The notes under the pieces were generated by a model that ran no database searches, was not told where the DNA came from, and saw only the letters and a program-made list of their open reading frames with translations. From NCBI GenBank assembly GCA_963824525.1, contig CAWGPI010000004.1:458222-522221 (forward strand): 64,000 nucleotides of DNA, written 5' to 3'. A program made the position numbers and the translations under genes. Shown piece by piece: positions 47,498 through 59,148 of this stretch (its first letter is position 1; each line of letters opens with the position of its first letter). This stretch comes from an uncultured Gammaproteobacteria bacterium. Its GTDB lineage: Bacteria; Pseudomonadota; Gammaproteobacteria; Xanthomonadales; Rhodanobacteraceae.

Positions 47498-49069
47498 ATG
47501 ATGCGCAGACTACATGCCTATGTTGCCGTGGCGCTCTTGTCCGCATCGTTGTGCGGATGCAGTGGGAGCAAGCCCGAAGCGGCTGCCGCCGCACCCACCG
47601 AAGTTGGCGTCCTTACCGTGTCGCTACGCGACGTCCCGGTGCTGTATGAATTCGTGGGGCAGACCGAAAGTTCCCAGCAAGTGGAGATACGCGCGCGCGT
47701 CAATGGTTTTCTGGAGGAACGTGTCTATACGGAAGGTTCCATGGTGCACACAGGTGACGTGATGTTCCGCATGGATCGCAAGCCATTCGAGGCGGCCCTG
47801 GAAGCCGCGCAGGCCGAACTTAGCCAGCAGCGTGCTCGCCTCGATACGGCGCAGGCCAACCTCAATCGGGTCCGCCCGCTCGCGGCCAAAAACGCCTTGA
47901 GCCAGAAGGACCTTGACGACGCGACCGGTCAGCAACAGGCCGCCGCCGCCGCGGTCGAGCAGGCGCGTGCCAATGTGATCAGCGCACAGCTCAATCTCGG
48001 ATACACCACCATCACGGCGCCCGTGACGGGACTGTCGAGCTTTGCCAAGAAGCAGGATGGCTCGTATATCGATGCCACCAACAGCCTGCTCACTTATGTG
48101 GCGAAGCTGGACCCCATGTGGGTGAATTTCTCCCTTTCCGAAAACGAGGTCCTGCGGTTACGCGATCAAACGGGTTCGGGCGCGCTCAAGCTGCCGGCGC
48201 GCGGCTTGCTCGAAGTGGAAATCGTGCTTGCCGATGGCAGCGTGTTCCCGGAGCGCGGTCATATCTCGTTCTCCGACGCCGCGCTCAACACGGAAACGGG
48301 AACGTATCTCGTGCGCGCGGTGTTTGAAAATCGCGAGGGTATCCTGCGACCCGGGCAGTTCGTGCGTGTGAAGGTGGCCGGCGCGGAACGAACCAAGGCC
48401 ATTTCGGTGCCCCAGCAAGCCGTGCAACAGGGTGAGCAAGGCGCGTTCGTGTGGACCGTGACCCCCGAAGGAAAGGCTCAGCCGCGACTGGTGGAAACCG
48501 GTGAGTGGAGCGGTATGGACTGGATCATCAACTCAGGACTTCACGCGGGGGACCAGGTCGTGGTGGATAACTTCATCCGGCTGGCACCCGGCGCGCCGGT
48601 AAAGACCCACCCTGCAAAACCTGCCGCCGCCGCTGCGCCGCAAGCCGTCGCGAAACAGGGCAATGCCGGTGCCGCAAAGGCTGCGCCATCCCTCGCTGGC
48701 GCCTCGCCTGGTCAGGCCCATGCGGGAGCGAAGGCCGAGGTGCTGTTTGATGTCGGAAGTGCCCAGCTCACGGAAGACGCGGCATCGAAGCTCGCGCCCA
48801 TCGCGACACAGTTGCATGGCCCGTCGCCAGGGCGCGCCGTGATCTCCGGTTACGCCGACGCATCGGGTTCGCATGCGGCCAATCTCAAGTTGGCCTCCGC
48901 CCGCGCGAAGGCCGTGCGGGCGGCCTTGATCGTGGCTGGTGTACCCGAAGGCCGCATCGAGCTTCGTCCGCCAACGGATATCACGGCCGGGACCAAGGAT
49001 GACGCGCGCCGGGTGGAGATCACGGTCGTCGCCGGCGGGCCAGCAGGGTCATCGAGAGAAGCGCGATGA
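47498..49069 (+). CDS. RND periplasmic adaptor lipoprotein fused to a C-terminal OmpA-like domain
   Basis: Lipobox-like LCGC, VEIRARVNG, ITAPVTG, LRPGQF; Ala/Pro linker, then VLFDVGSAQL...SGYADASG...NLKLASARAKAV...RRVEI. Confidence 0.9.
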   Translation: MMRRLHAYVAVALLSASLCGCSGSKPEAAAAAPTEVGVLTVSLRDVPVLYEFVGQTESSQQVEIRARVNGFLEERVYTEGSMVHTGDVMFRMDRKPFEAALEAAQAELSQQRARLDTAQANLNRVRPLAAKNALSQKDLDDATGQQQAAAAAVEQARANVISAQLNLGYTTITAPVTGLSSFAKKQDGSYIDATNSLLTYVAKLDPMWVNFSLSENEVLRLRDQTGSGALKLPARGLLEVEIVLADGSVFPERGHISFSDAALNTETGTYLVRAVFENREGILRPGQFVRVKVAGAERTKAISVPQQAVQQGEQGAFVWTVTPEGKAQPRLVETGEWSGMDWIINSGLHAGDQVVVDNFIRLAPGAPVKTHPAKPAAAAAPQAVAKQGNAGAAKAAPSLAGASPGQAHAGAKAEVLFDVGSAQLTEDAASKLAPIATQLHGPSPGRAVISGYADASGSHAANLKLASARAKAVRAALIVAGVPEGRIELRPPTDITAGTKDDARRVEITVVAGGPAGSSREAR

Positions 49070-52000
49070 ATTTCTCGCACTTCTTCATCGACAGGCCGAT
49101 TTTCGCATCGGTGGTGTCCATCATCCTCGTCGTCGCCGGCCTGGTGGCGATGGTCAATCTGCCGATCGCGCAGTTTCCCGATATCGCACCGCCGCAGATC
49201 ACCGTCAGCGCCACCTATCCTGGCGCCAGTTCGGAGATCGTCGCGCAAAACGTTGCTGCACCGCTGGAACAGCAGATCAACGGTGCCGACAACATGCTCT
49301 ACATGAACTCGACGAGCTCGTCGACGGGAAACCTGACCATCACGGGATTCTTCAATATAGGCACCGACCCGTCCCTGGCTCAGGTCGATGTGCAGAATCG
49401 CGTGAACCTGGCGCTGCCGTTCTTGCCTGACGCCGTCACGGCGCAAGGCGTATCCGTGCAGAAGCGTTCATCGGCCTTCATGATGGTGATTGCCATCTTT
49501 GCGCCCGACAACGCATTCGATCAGCCTTATGTCGCGAACTACGCCAATGTCTATGTACTCGATGCCCTGAAGCGCATTCCCGGCGCCAACCAGGCGTCGA
49601 TCTTCGGTTCCGCCGACTACGCCATGCGCATTTGGCTCAAGCCCGATCGGATGGCCAAACTGGGCATCACCGTGGGCGATGTCCAGCAAGCGATCGCTTC
49701 GCAGAATCAGCAGTTCTCCGCGGGCCGCATCGGACAGGCGCCCACGCCTGGGCCGGTGCTGCAGACCTTTCCGATTGCCACGAAAGGCCGCATGACGGAG
49801 CCGGCGGAGTTCGAGGACATCATCCTGCGCGGAGGGACCGGCGATGCCGCCGCCATGATCCGTCTGAAGGATGTGGCCAGGGCCGAGCTGGGTTCGAAGG
49901 AATACACCTTGCGCGGGCGCTTCAATGGCAAGACGGCCACCTTGCTTGCCGTCTATCAGCAGCCAGGCGCCAACGCGCTCGACGTCGCCAAGCAAGTGCG
50001 CAGCACGCTGGCGGAGCTGAAGAAGAGCTTCCCTCCGGGGCTCGACTATGAAATTGCCCTGGATACCACCGAATTCGTGAAGGATTCGATCGGCGAAGTG
50101 GTGCACACACTGGGCGAGGCGGTGATCCTCGTCATCGTCGTCGTCTACCTGTTTCTGCAGAGCTTCCGCGCCACCCTGGTGCCGATCCTGGCCGTGCCGG
50201 TATCCATCATCGGAGCCTTTATCGGCATGAGCGCGCTTGGGTTTTCGATCAACATGCTGACCTTGTTCGGCATGGTGCTGGCGATCGGCATCGTGGTGGA
50301 TGACGCGATCGTGGTCATCGAAAACGTCGAACGCAATATGACGGAGTTCAAGCTACCGCCGAAGGAGGCGGCCAAGAAGGCAATGGACGAGGTCAGCGGA
50401 CCGGTCGTTGCCATCGTGCTGGTCCTGCTTGCGGTGTTCATCCCGGTGGCGTTTCTCTCGGGCATCACGGGACAGCTCTACAAGCAATTCGCGGTGACGC
50501 TGGCTGTTTCCGTGCTGCTGTCGGGCCTGGTGGCGCTGACGCTGTCGCCGGCACTTTCCGCGATCCTGCTCAAGCCAGGTAGCCATAAGAAGAATCGCTT
50601 CTTCACCTGGTTCAACACCCAGTTCGACCGTTTTACGGAAGGCTATGGTCGCTCCGTGCAACTGGCGATCAAGCGAGTCACCGCTTCCCTGCTCATCATC
50701 GCGGGAATGATCGCGATCTCGGTCGGGCTGTTCAAGCACATTCCATCGTCCTTCTTGCCGACGGAAGACCAGGGTTACATTTTTGCCGCCGTGATGCTTC
50801 CTGATGCAGCCAGCCTGGATCGTACCAGCGACCTGTCCAAGCGCGCCGAGGACTGGTTCGCCAAGCAGCCTGGCGTGAAGTCGATCGCGGCGCCTGTCGG
50901 GTATAGCCTGGTCGACTCCCAGTACAAGGCGAATGCCGGCACCTTGTTCGTGACGCTGAAGAGCTTTGCGGAGCGCGGCGAAGGGCAGGGCGCGGCTGAC
51001 CTCATCCGTGAGTCGCACAAGGCCTTCTCCGCGTTCACCGAGGGTGCGGTGATCCCAGTCAATCCGCCGTCCATTCCTGGTCTTGGCACGACCGGAGGCT
51101 TCGAGTTCTGGTTGCAGAGCACGGGCAGTGGCAGCTACCAGATGCTCGAGGCGACCACCCGTGCTTTTCTTGCCAAGGCGAAGCAGCGACCGGAGCTGCG
51201 CGGCGTGAATTCACTCATCAACACGCGTTCGCGCCAGTTGCTGGTGGAGGTCGATCGCGAGCGCGCCGAATCGCAGGGGGTTGCCGTACAAGATGTCTAC
51301 TCGGTTCTGCAGACCATGTTTGGATCGCTCTATGTGAGCCAGTTTCCCAAGAGCAGTCGTCTGTTCCAGGTCATCTTGCAGGCAGAACCGCAATTTCGCA
51401 TGCGGCCGGAGGATCTCCAGCAGCTCTATGTGCGCAATAAGAGCGGCGTCATGGTTCCCATCAAGTCCATGACCACCAGCCGCTACGTACCCGGTGCGGA
51501 TATCGTCACCCGTTTCAACAACTTCCCCGCTGCCAAGATCACGGGCGACGCCGCCCCGGGCTACAGTTCCGGCCAGGCCATTGCGGCCATGGAGGACACC
51601 GCCCGTGAAGTGCTCGGCGCCGGCTACAGCTACGCCTGGAGCGGCCAGGCGTTCGAAGAAAAGACGGCCGGTTCGACGGCTGCTGCCGTGTTCGCCTTCG
51701 CGCTCGGCATGGTGTTCCTCATTCTTGCGGCGCAGTACGAGAAGTGGTCGCTGCCGTTAGGCGTGCTGATGGCCGTGCCGTTTGCGCTGTTTGGCGCGCT
51801 CGTCGGCATCTTGATGCGCGGCATGGAAAACGATGTGTACTTCCAGATCGGCCTGACCGTACTGATCGCGCTGGCGGCGAAGAACGCGATTCTCATTTTC
51901 GAGTTTGCCGTCGAGATGCGTGAGAAGGAGGGGCTGAATGCCTATGACGCGGCCCTGCACGCGGCCAAGCTTCGCCTCCGTCCCATCATCATGACGTCGC

Positions 52001-52251
52001 TGGCCTTCATTCTCGGCTGCGTGCCGTTGGCGATCGCCAGTGGTGCCTCCGCCGCGAGCCGCCGCTCACTGGGCACGGGTGTCGTGTTCGGCATGCTGGG
52101 TGCCACCGTGATCGCGCTGCTGTTCATTCCGATGTTCTTCTGGGGATTGGAAACGCTGTCGGCCGGCAAGAAGCGCGTCGAGGCTCAGCCATCCGGGACG
52201 GAGCCTTCCAAGCCCGACGATGATCATCCGTCGATCGGCCAGGAGGGTTGA
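49066..52251 (+). CDS. HAE1-family RND efflux transporter
   Basis: FFIDRPIFA, GIVVDDAIVVIEN, AAKNAILI, RLRPIIMTS. Confidence 0.97.
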   Translation: MNFSHFFIDRPIFASVVSIILVVAGLVAMVNLPIAQFPDIAPPQITVSATYPGASSEIVAQNVAAPLEQQINGADNMLYMNSTSSSTGNLTITGFFNIGTDPSLAQVDVQNRVNLALPFLPDAVTAQGVSVQKRSSAFMMVIAIFAPDNAFDQPYVANYANVYVLDALKRIPGANQASIFGSADYAMRIWLKPDRMAKLGITVGDVQQAIASQNQQFSAGRIGQAPTPGPVLQTFPIATKGRMTEPAEFEDIILRGGTGDAAAMIRLKDVARAELGSKEYTLRGRFNGKTATLLAVYQQPGANALDVAKQVRSTLAELKKSFPPGLDYEIALDTTEFVKDSIGEVVHTLGEAVILVIVVVYLFLQSFRATLVPILAVPVSIIGAFIGMSALGFSINMLTLFGMVLAIGIVVDDAIVVIENVERNMTEFKLPPKEAAKKAMDEVSGPVVAIVLVLLAVFIPVAFLSGITGQLYKQFAVTLAVSVLLSGLVALTLSPALSAILLKPGSHKKNRFFTWFNTQFDRFTEGYGRSVQLAIKRVTASLLIIAGMIAISVGLFKHIPSSFLPTEDQGYIFAAVMLPDAASLDRTSDLSKRAEDWFAKQPGVKSIAAPVGYSLVDSQYKANAGTLFVTLKSFAERGEGQGAADLIRESHKAFSAFTEGAVIPVNPPSIPGLGTTGGFEFWLQSTGSGSYQMLEATTRAFLAKAKQRPELRGVNSLINTRSRQLLVEVDRERAESQGVAVQDVYSVLQTMFGSLYVSQFPKSSRLFQVILQAEPQFRMRPEDLQQLYVRNKSGVMVPIKSMTTSRYVPGADIVTRFNNFPAAKITGDAAPGYSSGQAIAAMEDTAREVLGAGYSYAWSGQAFEEKTAGSTAAAVFAFALGMVFLILAAQYEKWSLPLGVLMAVPFALFGALVGILMRGMENDVYFQIGLTVLIALAAKNAILIFEFAVEMREKEGLNAYDAALHAAKLRLRPIIMTSLAFILGCVPLAIASGASAASRRSLGTGVVFGMLGATVIALLFIPMFFWGLETLSAGKKRVEAQPSGTEPSKPDDDHPSIGQEG

Positions 52252-52252
52252 G

Positions 52253-53713
52253 ATGCGACGCCCGTGGCTATGCTGGTCCTGGGTGGCATGCAGCGTGATC
52301 CTTTACGGCTGTGCCGTCGGGCCCGACTATCACCGGCCGACCGTCGAGACGCCGGTCACTTATCGTTATGCGGATGTCCAGGCCATGCAGACAAGCACGG
52401 CGGCCTGGTGGTCCCAGTTCAATGACCCCGTGCTCGACGCGCTGATTCAGCAGGCGATTGCCCAGAACAAGGACCTGATGGTCGCTGCAGCGCGCGTGGA
52501 CGAGTATTACGGCCGCTTGATGACCACCCGGTCGGCGCTCTATCCCCAACTCTCAGCCGGCCTTTCCGGTGGCCGCGAGCGTTACCCGGCCACGCCACTC
52601 ACGCGGGAATACGAGAGCACGCAAGTGCAGGCGAGCGTGATGGCCTCGTGGGAGATTGATTTGTTTGGTCGCTTGCGCCGCCTGCGCGAGTCGGCCCGCG
52701 CCGACCTGCTGGGCACCGAATACGCGCGCGATGCGACGCTGATCTCGTTGGAGGCCAGTGTCGCGACGGCCTATATCAGCTTGCGCGATCTTGATCAGCG
52801 CCTGGTGATTTCACGCGCCACGCTCGATAGCCGAGCCGGGGCGCTGACGTTGTACAAGGAGCGCTTTGAAGGTGGCGTAGTATCGCAGGTCCAGGTCAGC
52901 CAGGCGGACTCCGAATACGCCGTTGCCCTGGCAGCGGAGCACGACTTCGAGCAGCAGATTGCCCAACAGGAAAACGCCTTGTCGCTCCTGCTCGGCCAGA
53001 ACCCGGGGCCGATTCCCCGCGGCAGGCCCATCGACCAGATCGCCGTGCCGAGCATTCCGGCAGGCCTGCCTTCGGCGCTGCTGGACCAACGCCCCGATAT
53101 TCGCCAGGCGGAGCAAGCACTGGTTTCGGCAAATGCGCAGATCGGTGCTGCGCGAGCGCAATACTTTCCGGCCATCAGCCTCACGGGCTTGTTCGGTGCG
53201 GCGAGTACGGCGCTGTCTTCGCTATGGAGTGGGCCGGCGAAAATGTGGTCGTACGCGGGTGCGGCGTCGCTGCCGATCTTCACCGCGGGGGCCATTGCGG
53301 GCACGGTCAAGGAGGCGGAGGCGCGCCAACAGGAAGCGCTTTTCACTTATCAGTCAACGATACAGAGTGCGTTCGCCGACGTTGAAGATGCACTCGTGGG
53401 CGAACAGCAGACCAAGGAACAGCTGGCAGCCGTCGATCGGCAGGTCAGGGCGCTGGACCAGTATGCGTCGCTGTCACGTGCGCTGAACGAAGGCGGCTAT
53501 ACCAGCTACCTGGAGGTACTTGACGCCGAGCGCAGCCTGTTCAACGCTCAATTGTCGCAATCGAGCCTGCAAGGACTGCGCCTTATCCAGGTCGTGAACG
53601 TCTACAAAGCGCTCGGCTATGGCTGGCCGGTGGGCAATGCACCTGTGGCATCCAGTGGCGCGCCCGAGACTGGGGTGTCGGCGAATGGCCTGACATCGCC
53701 ACTGCAGAAGTGA
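52253..53713 (+). CDS. Outer membrane factor lipoprotein (NodT/OprM family)
   Basis: LYGC lipobox, VGPDYHRP, WEIDLFG, RPDIRQAE, YKALGYGW. Confidence 0.95.
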   Translation: MRRPWLCWSWVACSVILYGCAVGPDYHRPTVETPVTYRYADVQAMQTSTAAWWSQFNDPVLDALIQQAIAQNKDLMVAAARVDEYYGRLMTTRSALYPQLSAGLSGGRERYPATPLTREYESTQVQASVMASWEIDLFGRLRRLRESARADLLGTEYARDATLISLEASVATAYISLRDLDQRLVISRATLDSRAGALTLYKERFEGGVVSQVQVSQADSEYAVALAAEHDFEQQIAQQENALSLLLGQNPGPIPRGRPIDQIAVPSIPAGLPSALLDQRPDIRQAEQALVSANAQIGAARAQYFPAISLTGLFGAASTALSSLWSGPAKMWSYAGAASLPIFTAGAIAGTVKEAEARQQEALFTYQSTIQSAFADVEDALVGEQQTKEQLAAVDRQVRALDQYASLSRALNEGGYTSYLEVLDAERSLFNAQLSQSSLQGLRLIQVVNVYKALGYGWPVGNAPVASSGAPETGVSANGLTSPLQK

Positions 53714-53763
53714 AAGCTTCAACCGGGCAATTCTTCCTTGAGACGGATCGGATTGATGGCTGC

Positions 53764-54026
53764 CTGGAAGCGCCCTTGCAGGGCACCTGGAAGCCCTTGA
53801 ACTCGACATCGGTGTTTCTGCGGAAACGCGATCGGTTGATGCCAGCGTCGATCTTGTCGTGGGAGTATCGCGTGACGACGCCAAGGGGTTTCCACGGGAA
53901 GAACTCCACTCCGAGGCGCGCGTTATACAGGGTCGCGTCAATCTGATCGATGTTGGCCTCGAATGCACCGCCATCCGCCACAAGGCGCGCCCGATCAGCC
54001 ATTTGATAGCGGTACGACAAGCCGAT
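53764..54026 (-). pseudogene. 3' remnant of an outer-membrane beta-barrel gene
   Basis: Alternating beta-strand pattern GLSYRY...ARLGVEFFPWKPLGV...KGFQV, then LQGRF in a shifted frame; no 5' end or signal peptide. Confidence 0.55.
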
Positions 54027-54168
54027 ATTACTGTTTCCCGCACCGATGATCCCATTGATGGCATCCAGCTCAGTCTGGATCGCAAACCGCAGGCGGATCA
54101 ATGCATTTTGCTGATCGACGATGGGCAGGATCATTGCATGGATGTGCAACTTCCGGGCCGCGACCTAG
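54024..54168 (+). pseudogene. 3' remnant resembling the C-terminus of a GH94/NdvB-like (cyclic beta-1,2-glucan synthase) gene
   Basis: DITV...LSLDRKPQADQCILLIDDGQDHCMDVQLP resembles the LDG....IPLVDD...H.V.V tail of that family; lies directly upstream of zwf. Confidence 0.5.
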
Positions 54169-54288
54169 TCGAGCGAAAAGGACGTCACACCGTGGCCATG
54201 CCGTCCTTGCGTGCTCTTAACGTTATCTCAGCCAAGCTCAGTCTCTCTCGCCTGCCAGATAGTGTGGCAACGACACGGGTTTGTGTTC

Positions 54289-55674
54289 ATGAACGCCATT
54301 CACTCGGATGCCTTCGTCTTCTTCGGTGCGACGGGCGACCTGGCCTACAAGATGATCTTTCCGGCACTGCAGGCGCTCACCCGTGCGGGTGAGCTCGAGA
54401 TGCCGGTCATTGGCGTGGCGTATGCAAACTGGACATTGGAAAAGCTGCGCGCGCGAGCGCGCGACAGCCTCAAGGAGCACGGCGGTGTCGACGAGGAGGC
54501 CTTCAGCCGGCTCTCCGCGCGATTACAGTACATCGATGGCAACTATAACGACCAGGCAACGTACGACCGTCTGAAGCAGACATTGGGCGATGCCCGTCAC
54601 CCTCTGCACTACATGGCGATCCCGCCGAGCATGTTCAGCACGGTCGCCCATGGCCTGGCGAGTTCGGGCTGTGCCAAGGGTGCGCGCATCATCATCGAAA
54701 AGCCGTTCGGACGCGACCTCGAATCTGCCAAGGCCCTGAATCGCATCTTGCACGAAGTCTTTGCCGAGCCGGACATCTTTCGTATCGACCACTATCTGGG
54801 CAAGGAGGCCGTGCAGAACCTGCTGTATTTCCGCTTCGCCAACACCTTTCTCGAGCCAGTGTGGAATCGCACCTATATCGATAGCGTGCAGATCACCATG
54901 GCAGAGAAATTCGGTGTCCAGGGGCGCGGCAGCTTTTATGAGGAAGCAGGCGCCATCCGCGACGTGGTACAAAACCACCTGCTCCAGGTGACCACCTTGC
55001 TGGCGATGGAATCGCCGATCGGACGCGACGCGACGGTGATGAGCGCCGAGAAACTGCGCCTGTTCCGCGCGATGCGCCCGCTGCGCCCCGAAGATGTCGT
55101 GCGGGGCCAGTTTCGCGGTTACCACGAGGAGAAGGGTGTGGCGCCGGACTCCCAGGTCGAAACCTTCGCTGCGCTGCGCTTGCATATCGACAATTGGCGC
55201 TGGGCAGGTGTGCCTTTCTATATTCGTACGGGCAAGTGTCTGCCCATCACCTGCTCGGAAGTCTTCGTCACGCTCAAGCATCCGCCCTTGGCGGTGTTCG
55301 ACGATGTGCTGCCAACGCCGGCCAATCATTTCCGATTCCGGGTGAGCCCCGAAGTCATCATCTCCCTCGGGGCCCAGGTCAAGCGGCCGGGCGAAGCGAT
55401 GCGCGGAGAGGCGGTGGAGCTGGTGGCGCGGCATCAAACGCAACACGATGAGCTGCCTTACCAGCGCCTGCTAGGTGGTGCGATCCACGGTGACGTCGCT
55501 CAATTCACCAGCGATGAGTCCGTGGAGATCGCCTGGTCGGTGGTCGATCCGGTACTCGGCGACACGGTGCCGTTGGCCGCATACGACGCGGGAAGCTGGG
55601 GCCCGGCAGCGGCGGACAACCTCATTCAGGGCGGCTGGCATGACCCGCAGCCGGAGGAGGACAAGCCGTGCTGA
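54289..55674 (+). CDS. zwf: Glucose-6-phosphate dehydrogenase
   Basis: [42 protein letters not shown]. Confidence 0.96.
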   Translation: MNAIHSDAFVFFGATGDLAYKMIFPALQALTRAGELEMPVIGVAYANWTLEKLRARARDSLKEHGGVDEEAFSRLSARLQYIDGNYNDQATYDRLKQTLGDARHPLHYMAIPPSMFSTVAHGLASSGCAKGARIIIEKPFGRDLESAKALNRILHEVFAEPDIFRIDHYLGKEAVQNLLYFRFANTFLEPVWNRTYIDSVQITMAEKFGVQGRGSFYEEAGAIRDVVQNHLLQVTTLLAMESPIGRDATVMSAEKLRLFRAMRPLRPEDVVRGQFRGYHEEKGVAPDSQVETFAALRLHIDNWRWAGVPFYIRTGKCLPITCSEVFVTLKHPPLAVFDDVLPTPANHFRFRVSPEVIISLGAQVKRPGEAMRGEAVELVARHQTQHDELPYQRLLGGAIHGDVAQFTSDESVEIAWSVVDPVLGDTVPLAAYDAGSWGPAAADNLIQGGWHDPQPEEDKPC

Positions 55675-56363
55675 CGACGGGGCCGGTGGTGTTCCTTCTC
55701 GATGTCGACAACACCTTGTTCGATAACGATCGCTTCGCGTCCGACGTGACGGCCACGCTTGACGCGCGGTTTGGCGAGGATGAGCGCAGGCGCTACTGGT
55801 CCATCTATGAGGAGCTGCGAGACAGGCTTGGCTACGCCGACTATCTTGGCGCGCTCCAGCAATTTCGACTCGGCCGCGAGGCCAACCCATCGCTGTTGCG
55901 GTTTTCCTCCTACCTGCTCGACTACCCATTTGCCGAAGGCTTGTATCCCGGCGCGCTGGAAACCGTCAGGCATCTTGGCACGCTGGGCACCACCGTCATT
56001 CTTTCAGATGGCGACATTGTGTTTCAGCCGCACAAGATCCATCGGTCGGGCCTGTGGCAGGCGGTCGCTGGCCGGGTGCTCATCTATGTGCACAAGGAAC
56101 ATATGAGCGAGCCCATGCAGCAACGTTTTCCCGCTCTCCACTATGTGATGGTGGACGACAAGCCCAAGCTTCTCGCCGCCATGAAGCGCATGCTCGGCGA
56201 CCGTCTTACCACGGTCTTCGTGCGGCAGGGCCACTACGCGGCCCAGGCCGAGTCTTCCGCGCTCGATCCCGTGCCCGACGTGACCGTCACTCATATTGGC
56301 GAGCTTACCCGCATTGCGTTGCCCGACTTTCGTGCCGATTCTGCCTATGCTTCACCGGAGTAG
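55668..56363 (+). CDS. HAD-superfamily hydrolase
   Basis: LLDVDNTL motif I, LSDGD, MVDDK; overlaps the zwf stop. Confidence 0.88.
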   Translation: MLTTGPVVFLLDVDNTLFDNDRFASDVTATLDARFGEDERRRYWSIYEELRDRLGYADYLGALQQFRLGREANPSLLRFSSYLLDYPFAEGLYPGALETVRHLGTLGTTVILSDGDIVFQPHKIHRSGLWQAVAGRVLIYVHKEHMSEPMQQRFPALHYVMVDDKPKLLAAMKRMLGDRLTTVFVRQGHYAAQAESSALDPVPDVTVTHIGELTRIALPDFRADSAYASPE

Positions 56364-56365
56364 CC

Positions 56366-57455
56366 ATGAAGCCCACCCAGCAACTACATGAACTCGGCCA
56401 GAGCCTGTGGCTGGATAACATCACCCGGGACATCCTCGACGACGGCACCTTGCGCCGCTACATCGAGGAGTGTCGGTCACCGGCCTCACTTCGAACCCGA
56501 CCATCTTCGATGGCGCCATCGGCAGCGGCCATGCCTACGACGCGGGCATCCATGAGAAGGCCAGGGCCGGCCTGTCGGGCGAGGCGCTATTCATGGAGCT
56601 CGCGCTGGAGGATCTGCGTCGCGCCGCCGACTTGTTCCAGCCGGTGTTTGAGGCCAGCGAGCAGCGTCGATGGCTGGGTCTCGATGGAGGTGTCGCCCTT
56701 GCTGGCCAGCGACTCCGCCGGGAGCATCCGGCCGCCAAGGACATCCATCGGCAAGCCGCACGAGCGAATCTGTTCGTGAAGATCCCCGGCACGCCGGAAG
56801 GCCTTCCTGCCATCGAGGAGGCGATCTTCGCCGGCATACCGATCAACGTCACCTTGCTGTTCTCGCGTGAGCAATACCTGGCCGCAGCCGAAGCCTACAT
56901 GCGTGGCATCGAGCGACGAGTCAAGGCCAAGCTTGATCCGCGCGTCGCTCTGTCGCTTCCCTTTTCATCAGCCGCTGGGATGTGGCCATCAAGGACAAAG
57001 TGCCCGCCGAGTTGCACAACAAGCTGGGCATCGCGGTGGCTCAGGAGACCTATCAGGCCTATCGGGCGACTGCTGGCGTCGCCGCGCTGGCGTGAACTCG
57101 CCGATGCCGGTGCGCGGGCGCAGCGCCTGTTGTGGGCGAGCACCGGCACCAAGGATCCGTCCGCATCGGACACGCTGTATGTGGAGGCCCTGGCCGCACC
57201 CGACACCATCGACACCATGCCGGAAAAGACCCTGCTCGCGTTTGGCCGAGCATGGTTCGTTGAAAGGCGTCATGGCCGAAGACGGTGGCGATGCCGACCA
57301 AGGTGCTCGCTGCCTTTATCCAGGCCGGCATCGATCTGGACGCGCTGGCCAGCCAGCTGCAGAAGGATGGTGCAAAGTCGTTCGTGGCGTCCTGGCAGCA
57401 GCTGCTGCAGCGCATCGCGGACAAGACCTCAGAACTTGCGCGAGCCTCGTCATGA
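56366..57455 (+). CDS. tal: Transaldolase (multiple apparent frameshifts)
   Basis: GQSLWLDNI, GLTSNPTIF, VSMEVSP, FVKIPGT, INVTLLFS, RLLWASTGTK spread over several frames. Confidence 0.88.
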
Positions 57456-59148
57456 ACGCCGAGCCTGGCGGCCCCGCGTCCCCCAACCTTACGCGGCTGT
57501 CTTCATGGCATGCGCTCGAGCAGCATGTCGCGCAGATGGGAAAGGCACATCTGCGCGAACTGTTTGCCTCCGATGGCGCGCGCGGCGAGCGCATGCACGC
57601 CGAGGCGGTTGGCCTGTACGTCGATTATTCAAAGCAGCGCGTCACTGACGAGACGCTGCGCCTGCTTGCGCGAACTGGCCGAAGCCTGCGGCTTGTCGCG
57701 AACACCGGGCCGCGATGTTCAAGGGCGATCGCATCAACACCACCGAGAACCGCCCGGTGCTGCATGTCGCCTTGCGCGCGCCAGCGCGAGCAGTATCGTA
57801 GTGGACGGTCACGATGTGGTTCCCAAGGTCCACGCGGTGCTGGATCGCATGGCCACTTTCACGCAGTCGGTCCGCAGCGGTCAGTGGAAAGGGCACACCG
57901 GCAAGCGCATCCGCAACGTGATCAGCATTGGCATCGGCGGCTCGGATCTCGGACCGGTGATGGCTTATGAGGCGCTTCGCCACTACAGCCAGCGCGACAT
58001 GACGTTCCGCTTCGTATCGAACGTCGACGGCACCGACTTTGTCGAGGCGACGCGTGACCTGGATCCGGCCGAGACACTGTTCATCGTCTGCTCAAAGACC
58101 TTCACTACCCTGGAAACCCTGACCAATGCGCATGCGGCGCGCGACTGGTGCCTCAACGGCCTGGGTGGTTCCGACGCCGAACAGGGCGGCGCCATCGCGA
58201 AGCACTTCGTTGCGGTGTCGACCAATGCCAAGGGCGTAGCGGAGTTCGGCATCGATACCGAGCACATGTATCGGGTTCTGGGATTGGGTCGGCGGGCGCT
58301 ACTCGATGGATTCGGCCATCGGCCTGTCCACCATGCTGGCCATCGGTGACGAACAGTTTCCGCGCGATGCTGGCCGGCTTCCACGCCATGGACGAGCATT
58401 TCCTGAGTGCGCCGATGGCACAGAACCTGCCGGTGCTCATGGGGCTGCTGGCGATCTGGAACAACGAACTTCCTCGACGCCGTCGACGGTGGCCGTGCTG
58501 CCCTACGAGCAGTACCTCAAGCGCTTCCCAGCCTATCTGCAGCAGTTGACCATGGAGAGCAACGGCAAGCATGTGACGCTGGATGGCGTACGTGTGGATT
58601 ACGCCACCGGACCGATCTACTGGGGCGAACCGGGCACCAACGGCCAGCATTCGTTCTACCAGTTGATTCACCAGGGCACGCGGCTGGTTCCGTGCGATTT
58701 CATCGGTTTCCGCCAGTCGCTCAATCCCTTGCTCGATATGCACGGCCAGGACCAGCATGACCTGCTGATCGCGAACCTGATCGCGCAGGGCGAAGCGCTG
58801 GCCTTCGGCAAGACCGCTGCCGAGGTGCGGGCGGAAGGCACCGCGCCGCGCCCTGGTGCCGCAACGACGTTTTGAGGGCAACCGGCCCAGCACGACGATT
58901 TTCGCGCGGCGGCTCGACCCCTATGCGCTGGGTAGCCTGGTCGCTCTGTACGAGCACAGCGTGTTCGTGCAAGGCGTGATCTGGGGCATCGACTCGTTCG
59001 ATCAGTGGGGCGTGGAGCTGGGCAAGGCCCTGGCCAAGCGCACGGCCGCGCAAATCGACCGCTGCGGGCGAGCCCGAGCTGGCCCACGACAGCTCGACCA
59101 ATGCCTTGATCCGGCGGTACCGGCAAAGACGGACTGTGCAACTCGTGA
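57452..59148 (+). CDS. pgi: Glucose-6-phosphate isomerase (multiple apparent frameshifts)
   Basis: [57 protein letters not shown] across frames. Confidence 0.9.
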
